A DNA stretch of 63,949 nucleotides, counting the filler, from Intoshia linei (lineage: Eukaryota; Animalia; Orthonectida), in assembly GCA_001642005.1 (NCBI GenBank). It is 4 parts of 4 records of this genome, joined end to end, with 100 filler letters (N's around TTAATTAATTAA, not from the genome) between each part and the next. Parts side by side here need not be neighbours in the genome. Positions count along the whole stretch, not along the records: positions 30,971 to 55,702 come from LWCA01000522.1; 3 more parts are not named here. One strand, given 5' to 3'. Numbering within the stretch: the first letter of the stretch is position 1; each line of letters starts with the position of its first letter. Below the pieces are notes generated by a model. That model was not told where the DNA came from, searched no databases, and saw nothing but the letters and a program-made list of their open reading frames with translations. This document shows, piece by piece, positions 33,901 through 49,200 of the stretch. A program made the position numbers and the translations under genes.

Positions 33901-36900
33901 CATCCAGATTCAAATGAAAATAAAGATACAAGTTCCGATTCGGAATTTCCGAACTGTGAAAAAATGGTTTAATTTTACTAATATTTTCATGGTAGAAACA
34001 GAAAAGTTGTTTATTATCTCGAGTATACGTAAATAATGCGTAAAAGCAATTCTACTAATGTAAAATGAGTCAATAATCTTTATCTGTGTTAATCCTTTTA
34101 AAAATATTAACATTATTTTTATAAATTAACTCTTTCAATTTTGGTTCACAAAACTCAATGAATGGTATAATTTTAACTCAATTTAAAATCACGTTTTCTA
34201 TGACTATAATTATTACTATATTGTTATTTTTGATTTATTCTTGGTTAAATCTCTTTTATTATAAATTATAATAATATATATTTAATTATAATATATAATT
34301 AGTTAATTAATAATTTATAATTAATTTATAATTAGCTAGCATTTATAACATGGGTTCTTTATGAAATTAAAAAGTGTAACTACGGTAACAAAAAATTGTT
34401 AGATGAAATGTCCTTGAATTAGAAAAAAAATGTGATTTGTCCGATTTATCAATATTATTTATTTTAGTGAATTCATAACGAATGTAATGTAATCATCACT
34501 CTATTTTTTTTTATGTTTTCGTATGTAGCATTGTTATTCATTTATATACATTCTCTATTCTGTTGCTATTCAAGAAAGTTATATTTGATTTGTAACTTTA
34601 TTGTCTATTCACGTCTTAACTTAATTATTTAAATTTAAATTTTCTTATTCTTTGATTTTAAAATACTATATTACACTGTATGTTAATATTTACATATTTA
34701 AAAATATAAAATAAATAAACAGAATTTGACATTAATTCAACTTTATTTTCGAATCTTCATTCAAGATTAAAAAATATAGCTGTAAAATGATTTTTATTAA
34801 AAAAATTTTTGGAACCCATACCACCCAAAAAAACTGATTTGGCACCCCAAGTAAGAACCCATGATTTAAAATGTCACTTTATGCGTGTTACAATTTTTTA
34901 ATGTCGGACACATATCCTAAGTTAGGATTCCTAACTTGCATAAAGTAATATATTTAAAAATGTCTGAATTTATTTATTTTTTACCGTTTATTTAAGAAGT
35001 TAATAGACGTAAAGTTATATGAATATCCATTTCTAGCATAGTTTTTCAAGGGTGAAGTTTTATCGCAAATTTATTATAATTTTCATAAATTTAGTTTTTC
35101 AAGGTCAAATACCCCAATTATTTTTATTTTATAAAATCAAGATAGTCCTAGATTCTAGTATTTAAAAAAAATTTTTTTTTATTTCGAAACTATCTTATTA
35201 ATATTTAAAACAAAACATTTGAAATAATTAACGGTCCAACAATTAAAAAAAATAAATATTCTGATACAGCGTATTCCACTTGATATAGATACAAAATTGC
35301 AATCCAGTGAAAAGTAACATTTAATATATTATCAACCAATATTTTCAAATTTTAGATTAAAATCAAAAATTAATATGTAAATATTCATCCTACAATTTTC
35401 AACAAAAATGATCTGAACGTTTCCACATTTTAAATAAAGACGGATCACTAAATTACTTATTAAATTTTCACGGACCCTATATCAAAATTTTTTAATTAAG
35501 CATCAAGTGTGTATGTGGTAAATTCAACATAAATTACACTAAATATATGCTTACAAATGTGCCAAAATCTTCCAAAAAAAAATGAAAAATTATTTTAATT
35601 TGATGAAAATTTTCGATATTTAAACCCGCATTTAAATATATTTTATTGCATCCCTATTTGCCAAAATCAGAAATTCAAAATTATTGGCAATTTTACATTT
35701 TGTCTGTTTTGTAGTTTCTCAATTTTAGGGTTATTTATAACTTTACATTTTTTCAATATAGCTCATTAAATTTCACCTATTATTCGCAAATCGTAATTTT
35801 TGTTAATTTTGAAAAATTGTTATCGAATCATGGCGAGGTTTTGTATGAAAATTATACCAAGTAACATTTTTTGACCAAATAACGGAGTCGTATGTTTTTT
35901 TAATTTGTTTTGTTAAGAGGTTAAAAATTTTTTTAATTACGTCCAAGGACGCCATATGAAAAAAATGTTGAGAAACACAGCTCTAACAAATTCAAGTTGC
36001 ATGATTCAACTGGGTAGAGGAGAGAAGAATAGATGACCTTAGAATATTAAGCGAGCTTTGATTTTATAACTCATTTTCTAAATCTTTAATTATAATGGTT
36101 AAATTTAAAATTAAAGTTAACATTGTAAATTCAATTTATCATATCGGTCATTATTTCCAAATTAGGTGAGCTGAATATTTTGAAATTTTTTTTTAAACAA
36201 GTTTTCCTAAACATCAGAATAGTGATTATTTAAATAATGGCATATATTAAAAAAATTCATGTTTAAAAGTTTCATTTCATGCCAATACACTCAAATCACT
36301 ACAGTGATTTCGATTAGAATAGTATACAATTCTGCATCTTTAAACAATTACAAAATGTTTCGTATAAAATTATTTCAAATGGGGTACTATATTGTTTTAT
36401 CCTGCATGGGTGACGTCGAACATCCGTTATTATGAAAATTAATTTAACATGTAAATTAAATTTTAATTCAATAAAATTCCAATATTAGTCGGATTTAATC
36501 CAAATCAACATTAATCCTCATGTATGATTTGAAATATTTCAGTAAATTCTGTCATTCAAATTTGATTTGTATAATTATAATAATGCATTTTTTGACGAGC
36601 CGTATAATTTTAAAAGTGTTTTATATTTTTATTGTAGTACACATGTATTTTTATTTGAAATTGATAGCTATCAAAATATTAAAATACAATTTTATTCTAT
36701 CACAAAAAAGGTTTATATAAAAATTAATATGTAGAAATTGCGGTGAACACACTTCTATTATCTCCAAATCTGAGTCAATTAGTCTTTAGGAAATGGCTAG
36801 GGTTATATGACGCTATGCATCGTTTTTGTAATTTTTTTAGAAACCTAGTTTTCATTTTTAGGTTTTGGTTTTAAGTTTAAGTTTGCTAGTTTCGGTTCTG

Positions 36901-37335
36901 TAAGTCGGGTTGGATTACTTTTTATGAATTGAAGGGTAAGAGAGCTAACTTTACTTTTCTTTAAAATCTACAATCTAAAATTTGATTTAATACCGAAAGA
37001 AATTTTAAATTATTCAACATTTAAATATATTTTTTTACTAGAAAAAAAATTTTTATGAAAAATTCTATAATAGCCTGTAATTTCAACTAAAATGTCTTAA
37101 TTTCGTACTACATGTAAATCTAAGTCGTATAGATTTTTTCAAACAAAATTTTTATTACTCTTTAGGGAGTTAACGGCAGTGTTATTATATTATTATTAAC
37201 TTAATTGTATATTTTATCATGCATTTCTTACTTTAATTCAATTAAATGTACATTATCAAGCTTCATGTTTGAATGTTTGCCTTTCCATCAATACAGTGTA
37301 TACTTAAATATAGTATACATACCTAGTAACTAGGG

Positions 37336-37731
37336 TAGTGATGCTTAACCGATGCCTCGCGGGGGAACTGGTCCGCCATGAGTAGAGTTCAGATGCGCTG
37401 CATTAATTTAATTTTGCGTTTATTTTATAAATTTTTAAAAATGAGTGTCAAACTTTTACATTTAGAATTCATAGATGAAATCTTGGAAGTTAATATAATT
37501 TATATATGTGTATTTGTATCATTAATGTATTGGTGAACACCAAAAATATCAACATTTCATGATACATCAAATGTTCTTGACTAAATCTACATTAACCAAA
37601 TATAAGTATTTTTGTATTATTATGATTTTTACATTTATCGTTGTTAATCTTTGCATATTTTCGAAAATCAATGTTTTTTTCTTACCAAAATTTAAGGTGA
37701 GCCCTGAAGTAACAAAGGTTAAGAAACACTG
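37336..37731. mobile_element. hAT MITE
   Basis: Ends TAGTGATGCTTAACC / GGTTAAGAAACACTG; TSD aactaggg/aactagtg. Confidence 0.78.
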
Positions 37732-37789
37732 AACTAGTGTGTCACACGTATTCAAGAATCAAGGGCGATTAGATCGCATCTAGTTTATT

Positions 37790-38330
37790 TTCGTGTAAAA
37801 TGAGATGGTGTAGCGTGACTTTTGTCACAAGGTTTGCGGGAATAGTTCCTTGGTAACATATTTTAAAATACAATTAATACCGAAATATAAAGAAAAGTCT
37901 ATAAAATGTCATCATTAGATGATGTTGTTCATTTGATCGTAAAATTCATTTATAATGACTATAAAACAGTGTTTTTTTCCGGGTTATTATTCAGCAACAT
38001 GGCAAACCTCGAAAGAGTTTTTGTGCTTAAATGTGGTCGGGCATTGTCCTGTTGAAAAATAAATCAGGACGCGATGTTTTTCAAGTCATCAAATACATCA
38101 TCTAATAATATCCAAATATATGAATCACTATTTACCGTAAACGTGAACGTATGGTCTAACTTTCTAATAATAATAGTCCCACAGCACGTTAAGCATCTCA
38201 AATCATGATGGAACCACTGGAAAATGCTATGTTTCTGAATTTTATTGGATCCACGATATAACATTATCACATCCATCAAAAGAAAATCTGCATTCATTAG
38301 AATTATTAATTAATTATTTTTAATGTATTC
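37790..38330 (-). pseudogene. Tc1/mariner-superfamily catalytic-domain remnant
   Basis: Minus-strand fragments NECRFSFDGCDN (degenerate first-Asp motif), TVNSDSYIWIL and FFQQDNARPH (second-Asp motif), broken by stops and frameshifts. Confidence 0.75.
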
Positions 38331-41300
38331 ATCCTGTAAGAATATAGGTTACAAGCAAAATTTATGCGTTTATTCTTCGGTGTTTTTTTAAAATTAGTTT
38401 TTGACTTGAATGTTTAAAGATTAGACCACTATCCTTGAGGACTCGACAAATAGTATATTTTGATGGGGTATTTCGCATACGGTGAACTATTGATGATGAT
38501 GATGATGTGACTATTTTCCAGAACTTTGAACTCTAAAAATTGCGTTTTCAATGTGTTTTTTAATAATTCTTTATTTCTGGACGGTTGTACTTCGTTTCGA
38601 CTTGATCGACCTATTCAGATTTGAAATAATATATACAGTTTTAAGAGAAGTTGTAGTTTTTTGCCATTTTAATTTTTTTCAATATCCTTCTGTAAATTGT
38701 CTTCAATTAATATTGGAAATAGTCATCTGTCGATTATTAATCAAGTATATCACATTAATTTAAAATTTAGTGTCAATTTATTACCTCTTTTATTGTTTTA
38801 CAAACTTGTTGAGATTTTTATAGTTTCTCAAATTTATAAAAATTAAATATTTACGAATATATTCGATATTTTTTTAAATTTTTTTTCCAATGACGGATTT
38901 TGGAAATTTTCATCATACAAAAAAAATTCAGAAACTTACATGTTCATCTAAAAGACTACTTTATAACAATTGAAAAATTGCTGAGAGAAATATATTATAT
39001 TATTATTGTATATGATATTCTTTTAAATGTATCCTTAAATCATTTGTTTGAGGTTTTTACAATAATTGATTATGAAACAAAATTACCTCTATTAGATTTA
39101 AAGGATTTTAAATATTTCTAAAACATTTAAATTTTCTTCATTGATTTGCTCATTTCATAAGGTGAACCTCAATAATTTGTAATATAACCTGCATATCTTA
39201 ATCCATTTATTAGTAGCCTCCTCAAATTTGACTATGTTATAAATTGATATATTGTTGCTTGGAGATAGAAAATGGTACCAATCGTATCATTACCAAGTTA
39301 TAAAGGACACAACAATATAAAAGTTGTGTTCGCGATCGCACAAAGTTTGGAAAGCTTCTTATAATTAATAAGATTTAAAGAATAATATTTATTAAGACTT
39401 TTATAAAAGATAAATTAGATATGCAGAATTGGTTAGATTTTCTTAAAAATTAGACAAAATTGTAAATGTATTTTATTATAATAAAATACATGATATCAAT
39501 TTACTCAAATCATTCTATTTTATTCCAGTTACTCAGTTTATGTAATACATGTTGATATTCAATATATATTATGTATTAATTAACCAATAATAATAATAAC
39601 CCATATATTACATTCCCATTAGTATATCCAATCATCACGAGAACGTGATGTACGAATTTGTATATATTTCATTTCATATGTTTCAAATTAATTCAAGTAC
39701 ATTCTAAATACACAAGTCAATTGAAAAACACACTAACATATTTAAATCATAGTATAAAGGTATTGATCAATGAACAATTTATTCTGAATAATTACATTTC
39801 TATTACATTTCAAAATCGATAATTTACTTTCAGATTGTTTTTAATCGATATTTCAAAAATAAATACGCAAATATCTACAATGTATATGGAAAAATTGAAT
39901 ATTTGTTACACACTTTTGACATCAAAGGGCTTGTAGAAAGGTATGATCAATGAACATAATCATGCACTACGGCCTAAAATTATTGTTTATTTGCTGCACT
40001 ATTTTTACTAATATACAAAAATCTTACCGGTGCTAATTCTGACTTTACAATGTAGAGTCTACATCCTGGTTATTCGTAAAACCACATATTAAAAAACCAA
40101 TACAGTTATCCAATCACCAACATTAAAAATAACAAATTATTGTTCAAATCGCAAAAAGGTTTTTATTTCAAAAATAAAAGTTTACTATCGTTTTTATAGT
40201 AAATTTCAACATTTTTTTATTTTTTAGAATTTATTTTATGAAGCAAAATTTTATGATGATTTTTAGTATAATTTGTAAACCAAAACAACGACAGTCAAGT
40301 TTAATTAACCAAAATTTATTGGAAAGTTTAATAAATACCTGTTGGGGTTTTTATTTTTGAATGGAACATTATATTTGGGTTGGTGATATGATTTATGGAA
40401 ATTTTAGATTATTATAAGGTTCTCGGAAAATTTGAGACCCGTTTTACTATGATATTCAATATTATTATGATTTTTTCACATTTAAGTTGATTAAACACAT
40501 TTATATTGCGATTTCGCAGTTGTTGCACATGAATAAAGCAAATGTTATTAACCTTTATCGTATAAAATTTCTTTGTAAAAGTTGTGTTAACTTACACATA
40601 ATAACAAAATCAATAAACATTTAGCATTTTTTATTTGTAATTTATATTAACATGTTAATAGTCCATGCAATTTGAATTATTATAATTATTTAAATTGGTA
40701 TACTTAAAAAATGTCCTAATATTTAAAAAAAACTAAAATTATACATTATTGTTAATAACAATGATAATTTCAAAATATGAGACACATAGTTTATGCATGC
40801 AAAATTTATCATTAAAATTTTTATTTATCGAGTCAATTGTGATGAATAAGTGGAGCGTGTCATTTATCAATGAAATCAATCAATATTTATTAATTAAAAG
40901 TAAATATTGGGTTATTGGTTTATTAATTGTTTGAATGAACAAAAGTACAAAATTCAAGTTGATTTAACGGTACTCAAACATAACTGAATCTAACGGTATA
41001 AGTAAAACAAGTAGGTTCAAATTAAAATTTTGAAATATTATTTATACATTTTGCATTATAGTTTACTGCGTGAGTAAGTAAAAATCGATAATATAGATTT
41101 TTCGAGCCATTCATCTTTAAATAGAATGTTGTTGACATAAATGCATTGTGTTACGTAAAACTACCACTATTCAAAAGTTATTTAGAGATTGTCTCATTTT
41201 AATATATTATACCTACAACAATGCTTGATATTTGTCGTCTCAATTATGCATTAATATATTGGAAAATATAAACCGTTAAAATATTGTATAAAATTGTAAA

Positions 41301-41934
41301 CTAATTTCTTACTGAATTATTGACTTGATTATCTTGTATTTTATCATTATCAAAATTTATACAATTAGCTCTAGCTTTATAGCGACAACTTCTCTGATTG
41401 AACTAGAAATCTATTTATTAAATCTCAATTGCCTGAAACAAAATAGGTATAACTGGAAATTATATTGTTGTAGAATATAATTGCGTCACTAATGCACAAA
41501 AGTAACTGAGAAGATATATTATTCAAATTTATCCAGTTAAATTTTTCATTCAATTATATAACATGTCAAAAAATTTTATACGATAATTTTTTATTTAATA
41601 CTTGGATACCGGTAAGTTTTATTATTTTTATAATTTGAATTAATCATTCATTTTAAGTAAACTTTTAACGTCAACTTGAAATCTACTTGTGGTAATTTTG
41701 TATATTATTCACAGCTGGATAGATCAGTTAAATGTCATTTTAATTACAATACTTTAGCAATTTTTACACTTTTACAATATCACAATTTTAGCATTTTAGA
41801 TTTTTAGATTTTTACAACTTTTCAATTTTTAACAATTTTCGAGCAATAACAAGTTTGTTAAATCTATTTTACATTGTAGACATTTCATATACTAAAATTA
41901 TTTAGTCGTTTTTCAACATTTATTTTATGTTTAG

Positions 41935-44900
41935 ATGAAATTTAATAAAATCAAATTCAATATGTACAAGTTTATAATCCTCCTAAATATACTACAAGGT
42001 AACTTTTATTTATATATAATTCTTTCAAATATTTCTTTACATTTAAGTTCCTAAAATGGATGATTATGATGAATTTCTAAGATGGAAATATGATGGAGAT
42101 TTAAAATTTAAAATTTTTGGAAATTTCTTAAATATTCTGTTAAACTAAAACGTGGAAAAATGTTAAATTTTGAAATCTTGAATTAAATATTAAACTATCT
42201 CGTGTCAAACCGACCCGTTAGATATTGGTTTGTGTATTATTTTATTGTATTAAATAAATTCCATTTCTTTGATTTATATCATTGCAAGGCTATACAAATC
42301 AACATTAATTTCCTTTCTATATTGCTCTAATTTATGGTTTCATTAGTCTCATTTATATCAGCCAATACTATTTATATCCATAATTTTATCATTATTAAAA
42401 ATTCAAATTTTTTTTGATACATAGTTATAATTAGATTTTCACAATACATTTTTTCGTATCACTTTTTTTCTCGAAATATTGACCAACCCAGGTGACATTG
42501 CATCTTAACCTCTTCATATCCCGAATGCACGAATATACAGACGCAGTAAATTACTTGGGAATGAAGTGACAAATTTAAATAAATTTATATTGACTCAAAA
42601 ATTTTGAGTTACTCATGTTGAGAAACATAAATTAAGAAATTAGGCATTTGATTTAGAATTTTGATAACCATTGAGTCAATGGCACTGACCTACATCATAA
42701 AAATTCAAAATATTTTTGATAAAATGAAATTACATAATGAAATAATATATTAACAAAATTAATACTTCAACATTTCCAATTAATCCGTTTATTTGTTGTT
42801 GAACTTAATTTAATACATAATTTATTTGAGGTTATAAATAAATTTTATATGAATTTGTTTTTAATCGTTTATGGAGTATTTTAGGTTAGTTTGGTTTTTA
42901 ATTGAGTTTTCCATGTGATTAGTTTCAATATACAAAAATGTTACTGAATATCCTACTGTGGTTATTATTCCGAATTTAATAATTATATTTTAAATTGCAT
43001 TATTTGTTGGATTATTGATTAAATATATTAGTATTCTAAAAACATTGTTATCGTGGTCGAATTTGAGGTTTGCATCAGAAAAAACCAAAAATATAAAATT
43101 ATGACTTATTCTGATTCGGTATTATTTCATTTAATTTAATTTCTCAATCATTTCCTTTTCTAATCTGTATGTGGTTTATATTCCATGTTTACGTTTATGT
43201 AGATAAACGGACATTTAAATAATATTTGTTTACTTTTTCTACAAAAATTTCATAATATACTGTAATTCTCTGAAGATTTAAAATTAAATTAAAAAAACTC
43301 AATTATTAAAAAAGTATATATCAGATGTGAGAAAAACATTCCATTTTTTTATTTTTTTTACATATTGAAAATTTAAATGCAATCGATTGTGGTTAATTAT
43401 GATGAATTCATATTAATGAAGAATGTATTATATTTATAAGTAAATAAATATATTAAAGGACTCTTTTTGTCATTCTGGAAATTATTTTCATATTAAAAAC
43501 CTATAAAATGAATATAAATAAATATTATCGTTTGGAATTTAATGTTACATTTAAATTAGATATAAAATGATAAATCTATAAATTTACAGCGTAAAGCAAT
43601 TTGACGTAATAAATCATTATTTAAAAATTGATTTAATAATGTATGCATCTTACATAATTTAAACAATGATTTTATAGTTAGCTATATTTTCCAAGGTTAG
43701 TTTGATTTATATTTAATTACGTATTTACGTCCTGTGGACATTTAAAAATGAGGTTATTGATTTTTACATTAATAATATCAATAATGGACTTAATTATGTA
43801 ATTTGGTTAAATTTTGTAATATTTTAAATATTATTTTTATATATTCTATATTAATAAAATTTAGCTGTTACAAGCACAATAAACATTAGCGTATTAAAAC
43901 CTACAGATGGCATCATTAAGCAAGACGGAGATGTATCGATTAAATGTGAATTTACAGGAATTGATGCTTTTGATACATTTCAAATACGTTTACTTTAAAA
44001 TTTCATTTTAAATTCCAATTATTAGTTAAAAGAGAAGGTTCAGTTAGTAAACAAATTGGGATAAACATTGAAGGCGTAAAGGAACCTTTTGATAAAACTC
44101 GATATAATTATGTTTTTAATGGAGACACTACAAATGATAAGGCTAGTATTACTCTGACAATTAAAGGTAACTTGAAATATTTGATAATTTCAATAATTTT
44201 ATTAGGTATAAAAGCTGAAGATTCCGGATATTACGAATGCGCACATAAAGAAGACAAACGTGGAAAAGAAATAAATGTATTTGGTATATATTTATTTATA
44301 TTTTGATAATGATGAATATGTTTTAGTGCCATTGCACAAGTTGAAAATAATAAAAAATAGTGGAAACGGGTGGAACGAAGTTACTATACCACCAAGCAAA
44401 ATATTATATGTATCGCTAACAGATAAAATTGGTTGTGTTTATGAAATGCTTAGTCGTGGCCGTTTAAGTTCCACAAAAATCGATAAAAACAATCAAACAC
44501 TAAGTTACAACATTTTCGTCGATGAAGAGGATATATCGTCTAAATTCAAAGTACACGTTATAAACACTCAAGATTTGAAAAATTTCCCAAATTTTAAAAG
44601 ACGATTTTGGGCTCAGAGTAGTTTAAGTGCAAATGTGATTCCTTATGAATTCAATGGGAAAACTTTTAAATGTTGTGGTGAGACACAAGGTTTTGATAAA
44701 CAAGAAATCTCTGCTACGCTGAATTTGACAGGTATTTTAATTTTTACCATTTTTATTTATCTCATAATAGGTGAACCAATTATTAAATGCCCTCGAGGAA
44801 TTAATGCTGTAAGCGTAAATGAAAAATTGAAAGCTAACATTACATGCGAATTTTATTCCAATCCAAATTATACTACAATTTTATGGAGTTATTTGAAAAA

Positions 44901-45610
44901 TAATAAACAATATGACACTTACTACAATCCTAAAGAGGATACTATAACCAAAAAAGTAATAAATTACATGTTATTTAAATTTTCATTAAAATTACATTTT
45001 AATTTAGTCACACGACAAGTACAAACATACTGTTATATTCGAATTGCAAAATTTAAATACAGATTCATTCATCAATTACAAATTACGTATTACGAATAAA
45101 TTGGGAAATAGCACAGCAATGACAAGATTGTACAGACCAGGTATAGTTAATATGCATGTTAATATATGTATGTTGGGCTTAATTCATTGGTTGCCACCAT
45201 TTAAGATAATATTATTCTAAACACAATAGGAAATTTTAAATATATCAATTACTAGTAGCAGAAGTGACGACTAATTCGCCAACTCAAGATGGTGAGTTTA
45301 TTGAAAATCAAGGTAACTTGATGCATAATTCAATACTTTAAATTTCGTATGCATCATTGGGGTTATTTTTTATTTAACCCTTTTGATAAATGTGTGGCTT
45401 TATATATTGCTTTGCTAACTTATATATTACATTTAATTTTTATATACTTATATTATCATTTTTTATACATGGTCTATCGTTTTTATCATATCTAAACATA
45501 TTTTTCTAGGTGAAAAGATCCCGTCAACAGATACAAATGCAAGTTTCAAATACAGTCCTATTATTGTGGCATTTATTTTTATTTTTGCAGTTTTCATTAT
45601 CATTATTTAA
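41935..45610 (+). CDS. Three-Ig-domain, predicted GPI-anchored cell-surface protein (IgLON/Lachesin/DIP-like architecture), 9 exons, ~421 aa
   Basis: Exons 41935-41998, 43865-43987, 44026-44166, 44206-44283, 44327-44731, 44771-44955, 45008-45140, 45256-45291, 45510-45610 join in frame. Ig V motif VSIKCEF..LTIKGIKAEDSGYYEC; Ig2 IGC..NGKTFKC; Ig3 ANITCEFYSNP..ILW..ITNKLG; S/T-rich stalk; ends in hydrophobic PIIVAFIFIFAVFIIII* with no cytoplasmic tail. Confidence 0.85.
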
Positions 45611-46217
45611 AACAAACAGCTCTACCAAAATTTTATTTTTGTTCGATAAATCAGTTTTGTTATACCTAATGTATTATCTTACAACTCATCAATGTATAAA
45701 TTAGATAATTTTAATTATTAGTCTTGTAATCGTTGATTAAATAAACATCAAAAATACATTATTATGTTATTAATAGATTACCATTCATTTCTGGGTATTT
45801 ATGATTTCTTCACTATCAGGGATAGTTCATTTGCTTATAACAGCAACCCTTAACAGACTTAGCAAACCAAAATACGGACTCTTTAAGAATTGGTTGAAAA
45901 AAATATTCCATTAAAAACCCTACAAAATTTTGGTGATTGTCATTATAGAAGCCTTGAAGAAACCACCAAAACATTGTCAAAAAATCAATATTATAATTAA
46001 CTTATGATTAATTAATATTGTAAATAACAAAATTGATGATTATATTTCTCTAACAATACATCGCTCAATTGAATGTTCGCCCAAAACCCAATTTTACCAA
46101 ACCTAAAAGAGAAATTCACTTTTTCCAATACTTAAAAATAATTAAATTGGAATATTTCTGATTTTTATGAAATAATTTATCTAATTTTATAAATCTTGCG
46201 TAATTATACATGTATAT

Positions 46218-49200
46218 TAGGGTGTTTCACAATATGGAATCTTTATTTGAGGTAGGAAAAATTAGTCTAGTATTAGTATTACAAACATCATGTTGGCATT
46301 AAAATTCGGCAAAATTGTGCCGATGAATTGTGCATCACGTTTAAAGTTTTTAAATTAATATTAATATGAACTTGATAATTTTAGTTTATTATATAGTTTT
46401 TAATAACTGATAATAAAATAAAATTTTTGGTTTGGCTATTTTTTGGGTTTTCCCTCTTTCAAGATCACAAATATCAATTGGAATTTACATTAAGTGATAT
46501 AAATAATTGAAAAGTATAATTCATTTTTGCAGGAGTTAATCATTGATAATAATTTTTTCTCTCCTTGGTGTATTTTCTTAATGCTCATTATTTATAACTT
46601 TAACATTATCTCTAAAATGTACGCATTAAGGATAAAATTAATTGGAACTTTGAAGATATTATAGGCATAAATCGTAAATGAATTAATATTAATTGACATT
46701 GATAATTTTTGCATTATTAAAACCAGCCATTCTCAACGGGTTCATGTGGACCCCATAGGATCCACAGCACTTTTTGGGGGTCCATGAAAATTATATATTA
46801 TAGACATTTTGAGTAACATAAAGTCGTTTTTAAAACATAAAGGCTCAGAAATGCTAATATAAAACGTGCAAATCATGTAAAAGTAAATTCTTTATTATTA
46901 AATTAAATTACAGTCAAGCACCGTTAGTAGAGAAATCGTTAGTGAATAATTTGCTAATTTGTACCGTTAGTAGATAATTTTTTCACTACAATTTATTCTG
47001 TAACTATAGCTAGTAGATAATTTACTGTACTTACAAGTGTAAAAACTTATTGGGTAACCTCCATTGTTCTATTTTAGGAGCAACGGTTTTATTTAATTAT
47101 TTTATTAAAATTTATGACCGAGCCAAGTTTCTAGTCATAAAAAAAGCTTTACATTTCAAATTGAAAATAGGAGAAAAAATCAGTCAATATTCATGATTCT
47201 ATGAAACATCAACAAAGGGATATAAAATATTAATAGATGATAATAAACTTTTTATTGATCTGATAAAATATGTAGTAAACAATTAATAATGTACTGTAAA
47301 CAATACCTGAAAAACATGTTCCATTTTAGAAAAATTGACGGGTTAAAGGTTAATATTAATAGTTCATCAAGTTTATCATCTCGCAAAAATAGAGTACTCC
47401 ATGTCTTTTAACCCAAATGTAATGATTCATTAAAAATTGTTATTATTATTAATTTTTTTGGGAATCCACAGCGAAAAAGGGTTGAGAATGCCTGATTTAA
47501 ACCACTCTTCACGTGTGATTTTGATACTAGCGGTAGGCAAGCTATGCTTAAGTGCTTTCACTTATTAATATTGTTTGTTTTATTTATCAACGGATTCGTA
47601 TGTTTAGTCAGGAATTTAAGTTTTACAAATAATGAAATTTGAAGTGGATTATAAAATATAGTTTAAATTTAAAATACACGGATTAAATTAAATTTAATTA
47701 AAAGTTAAATCCATGTTTTATTTACATGCGTGAACAATTAATTACTTTATTTACATTTTTTAATACTTTTATTATATTTAATATGACTTCCGTCAATTGG
47801 ACTTTGCTGTTTGTCATTATTTTGATTATGATTTGCACCTAAATAAAATACCCTCTCGAAAAAATGTTCTTCGAAGAATATTATGTTTAAAACACAGTAA
47901 AAAATTATTCGTTTTCAGAATAATTAGTGGCGAATTAAGTAAAATATATATGAAAACTGGGTTAAACATTATTGGAAGAAAGAGGATGGAAGACAAGTTA
48001 AGAAAGTTATATAGTGAATATAGAAAAGCCTTTAGAAAAAAAATACTCCACAATGTAATGATTTCCTTAATAGTTTATCTCAACTATTTTATTGTCATAA
48101 AAGTGATCAATCAAAAGCACTAAATGAAGATTTACTGTTTCTGGAAAACTAAAAAAGGGTATTGGATATATCGCTGTTCCATCCACAAAAATTTACCCGT
48201 ATACACCTAAAAGATTTAAGAATATAAAAATTATAAATGAAGCTCAAATGGAGAGAGAAAGTGGAGTATACAATAATATACACTTTGAATATGATTCAAA
48301 TACAAATATTTATAAAGGTAAGTTAAAATATAAAGATATTAAAACTTTGTCATCAAACCTATGTACCAAATTCAAATTGTCACACAGAACCTGTCAGGGA
48401 ACATTAGATGATGTATTTAGATATTGTGGAATGTCAACGTCCTCAATATGGAGAACAAACGTAACCATTTTTAGAGACATTTTAATCAATTAAAAAATTA
48501 TATATCTACCAAAAAATTAAATCTTCACTTTGACGGTCGTAGATATAAAGATTTGTCCAATAATATTGTTGAGGAACTGATAATATGTATTCAATAGGAA
48601 GAAAACCAGAGTGTTGCGATTAATGTTCATCATCTAAAGAATAGAACTTCAGCAACGCTTTTCTGTTCAATAAAGGAAACTATCGAGACGTATGGAATAA
48701 TTGATAACATAGTAATGATAATCTGTGATACATGTAATTTGAATACGGGCAAAAAAATGGAGTTGTAAAATGCTCAATGATAACGTTTTTAATACAAAAG
48801 TGGAGTATTATGGGTGCCAACGCTTGTATTGGATATATATTGTATATTGTATATATATATTGGATAGACTATTTAGAATATACATGGATGGAATATTTGA
48901 CCTTTTTACAATAAGTCCAAACATTAACTACTTATTTGTGTTATGGTTAATGTCGAATTATGACAACCTTAGTCAACAATACATAGGAAAAATTGTTGTA
49001 CTACAAAGCACTATTTGGTGTAGAGGCGATTATTCTGAATTAGAAAAATTAGTTAATTCCTATAAAACGTTAAGTTTCGGAAAATAAACCAAAAATAAAA
49101 TTTAATAAATTTCCAAATCTATTAAGTGCAAGATGGAAAATATGTGCTAATTTAGCTTTGCAAGCGTATATTCTTGACTGTACGGATAACGGTTTAGAAA

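Noticed and set aside
32400-41600. Short F/I/L/K/N-rich ORFs in the gene-poor region
   Set aside because: Composition reflects AT-rich non-coding DNA; no phase-consistent exon chain or motif found.
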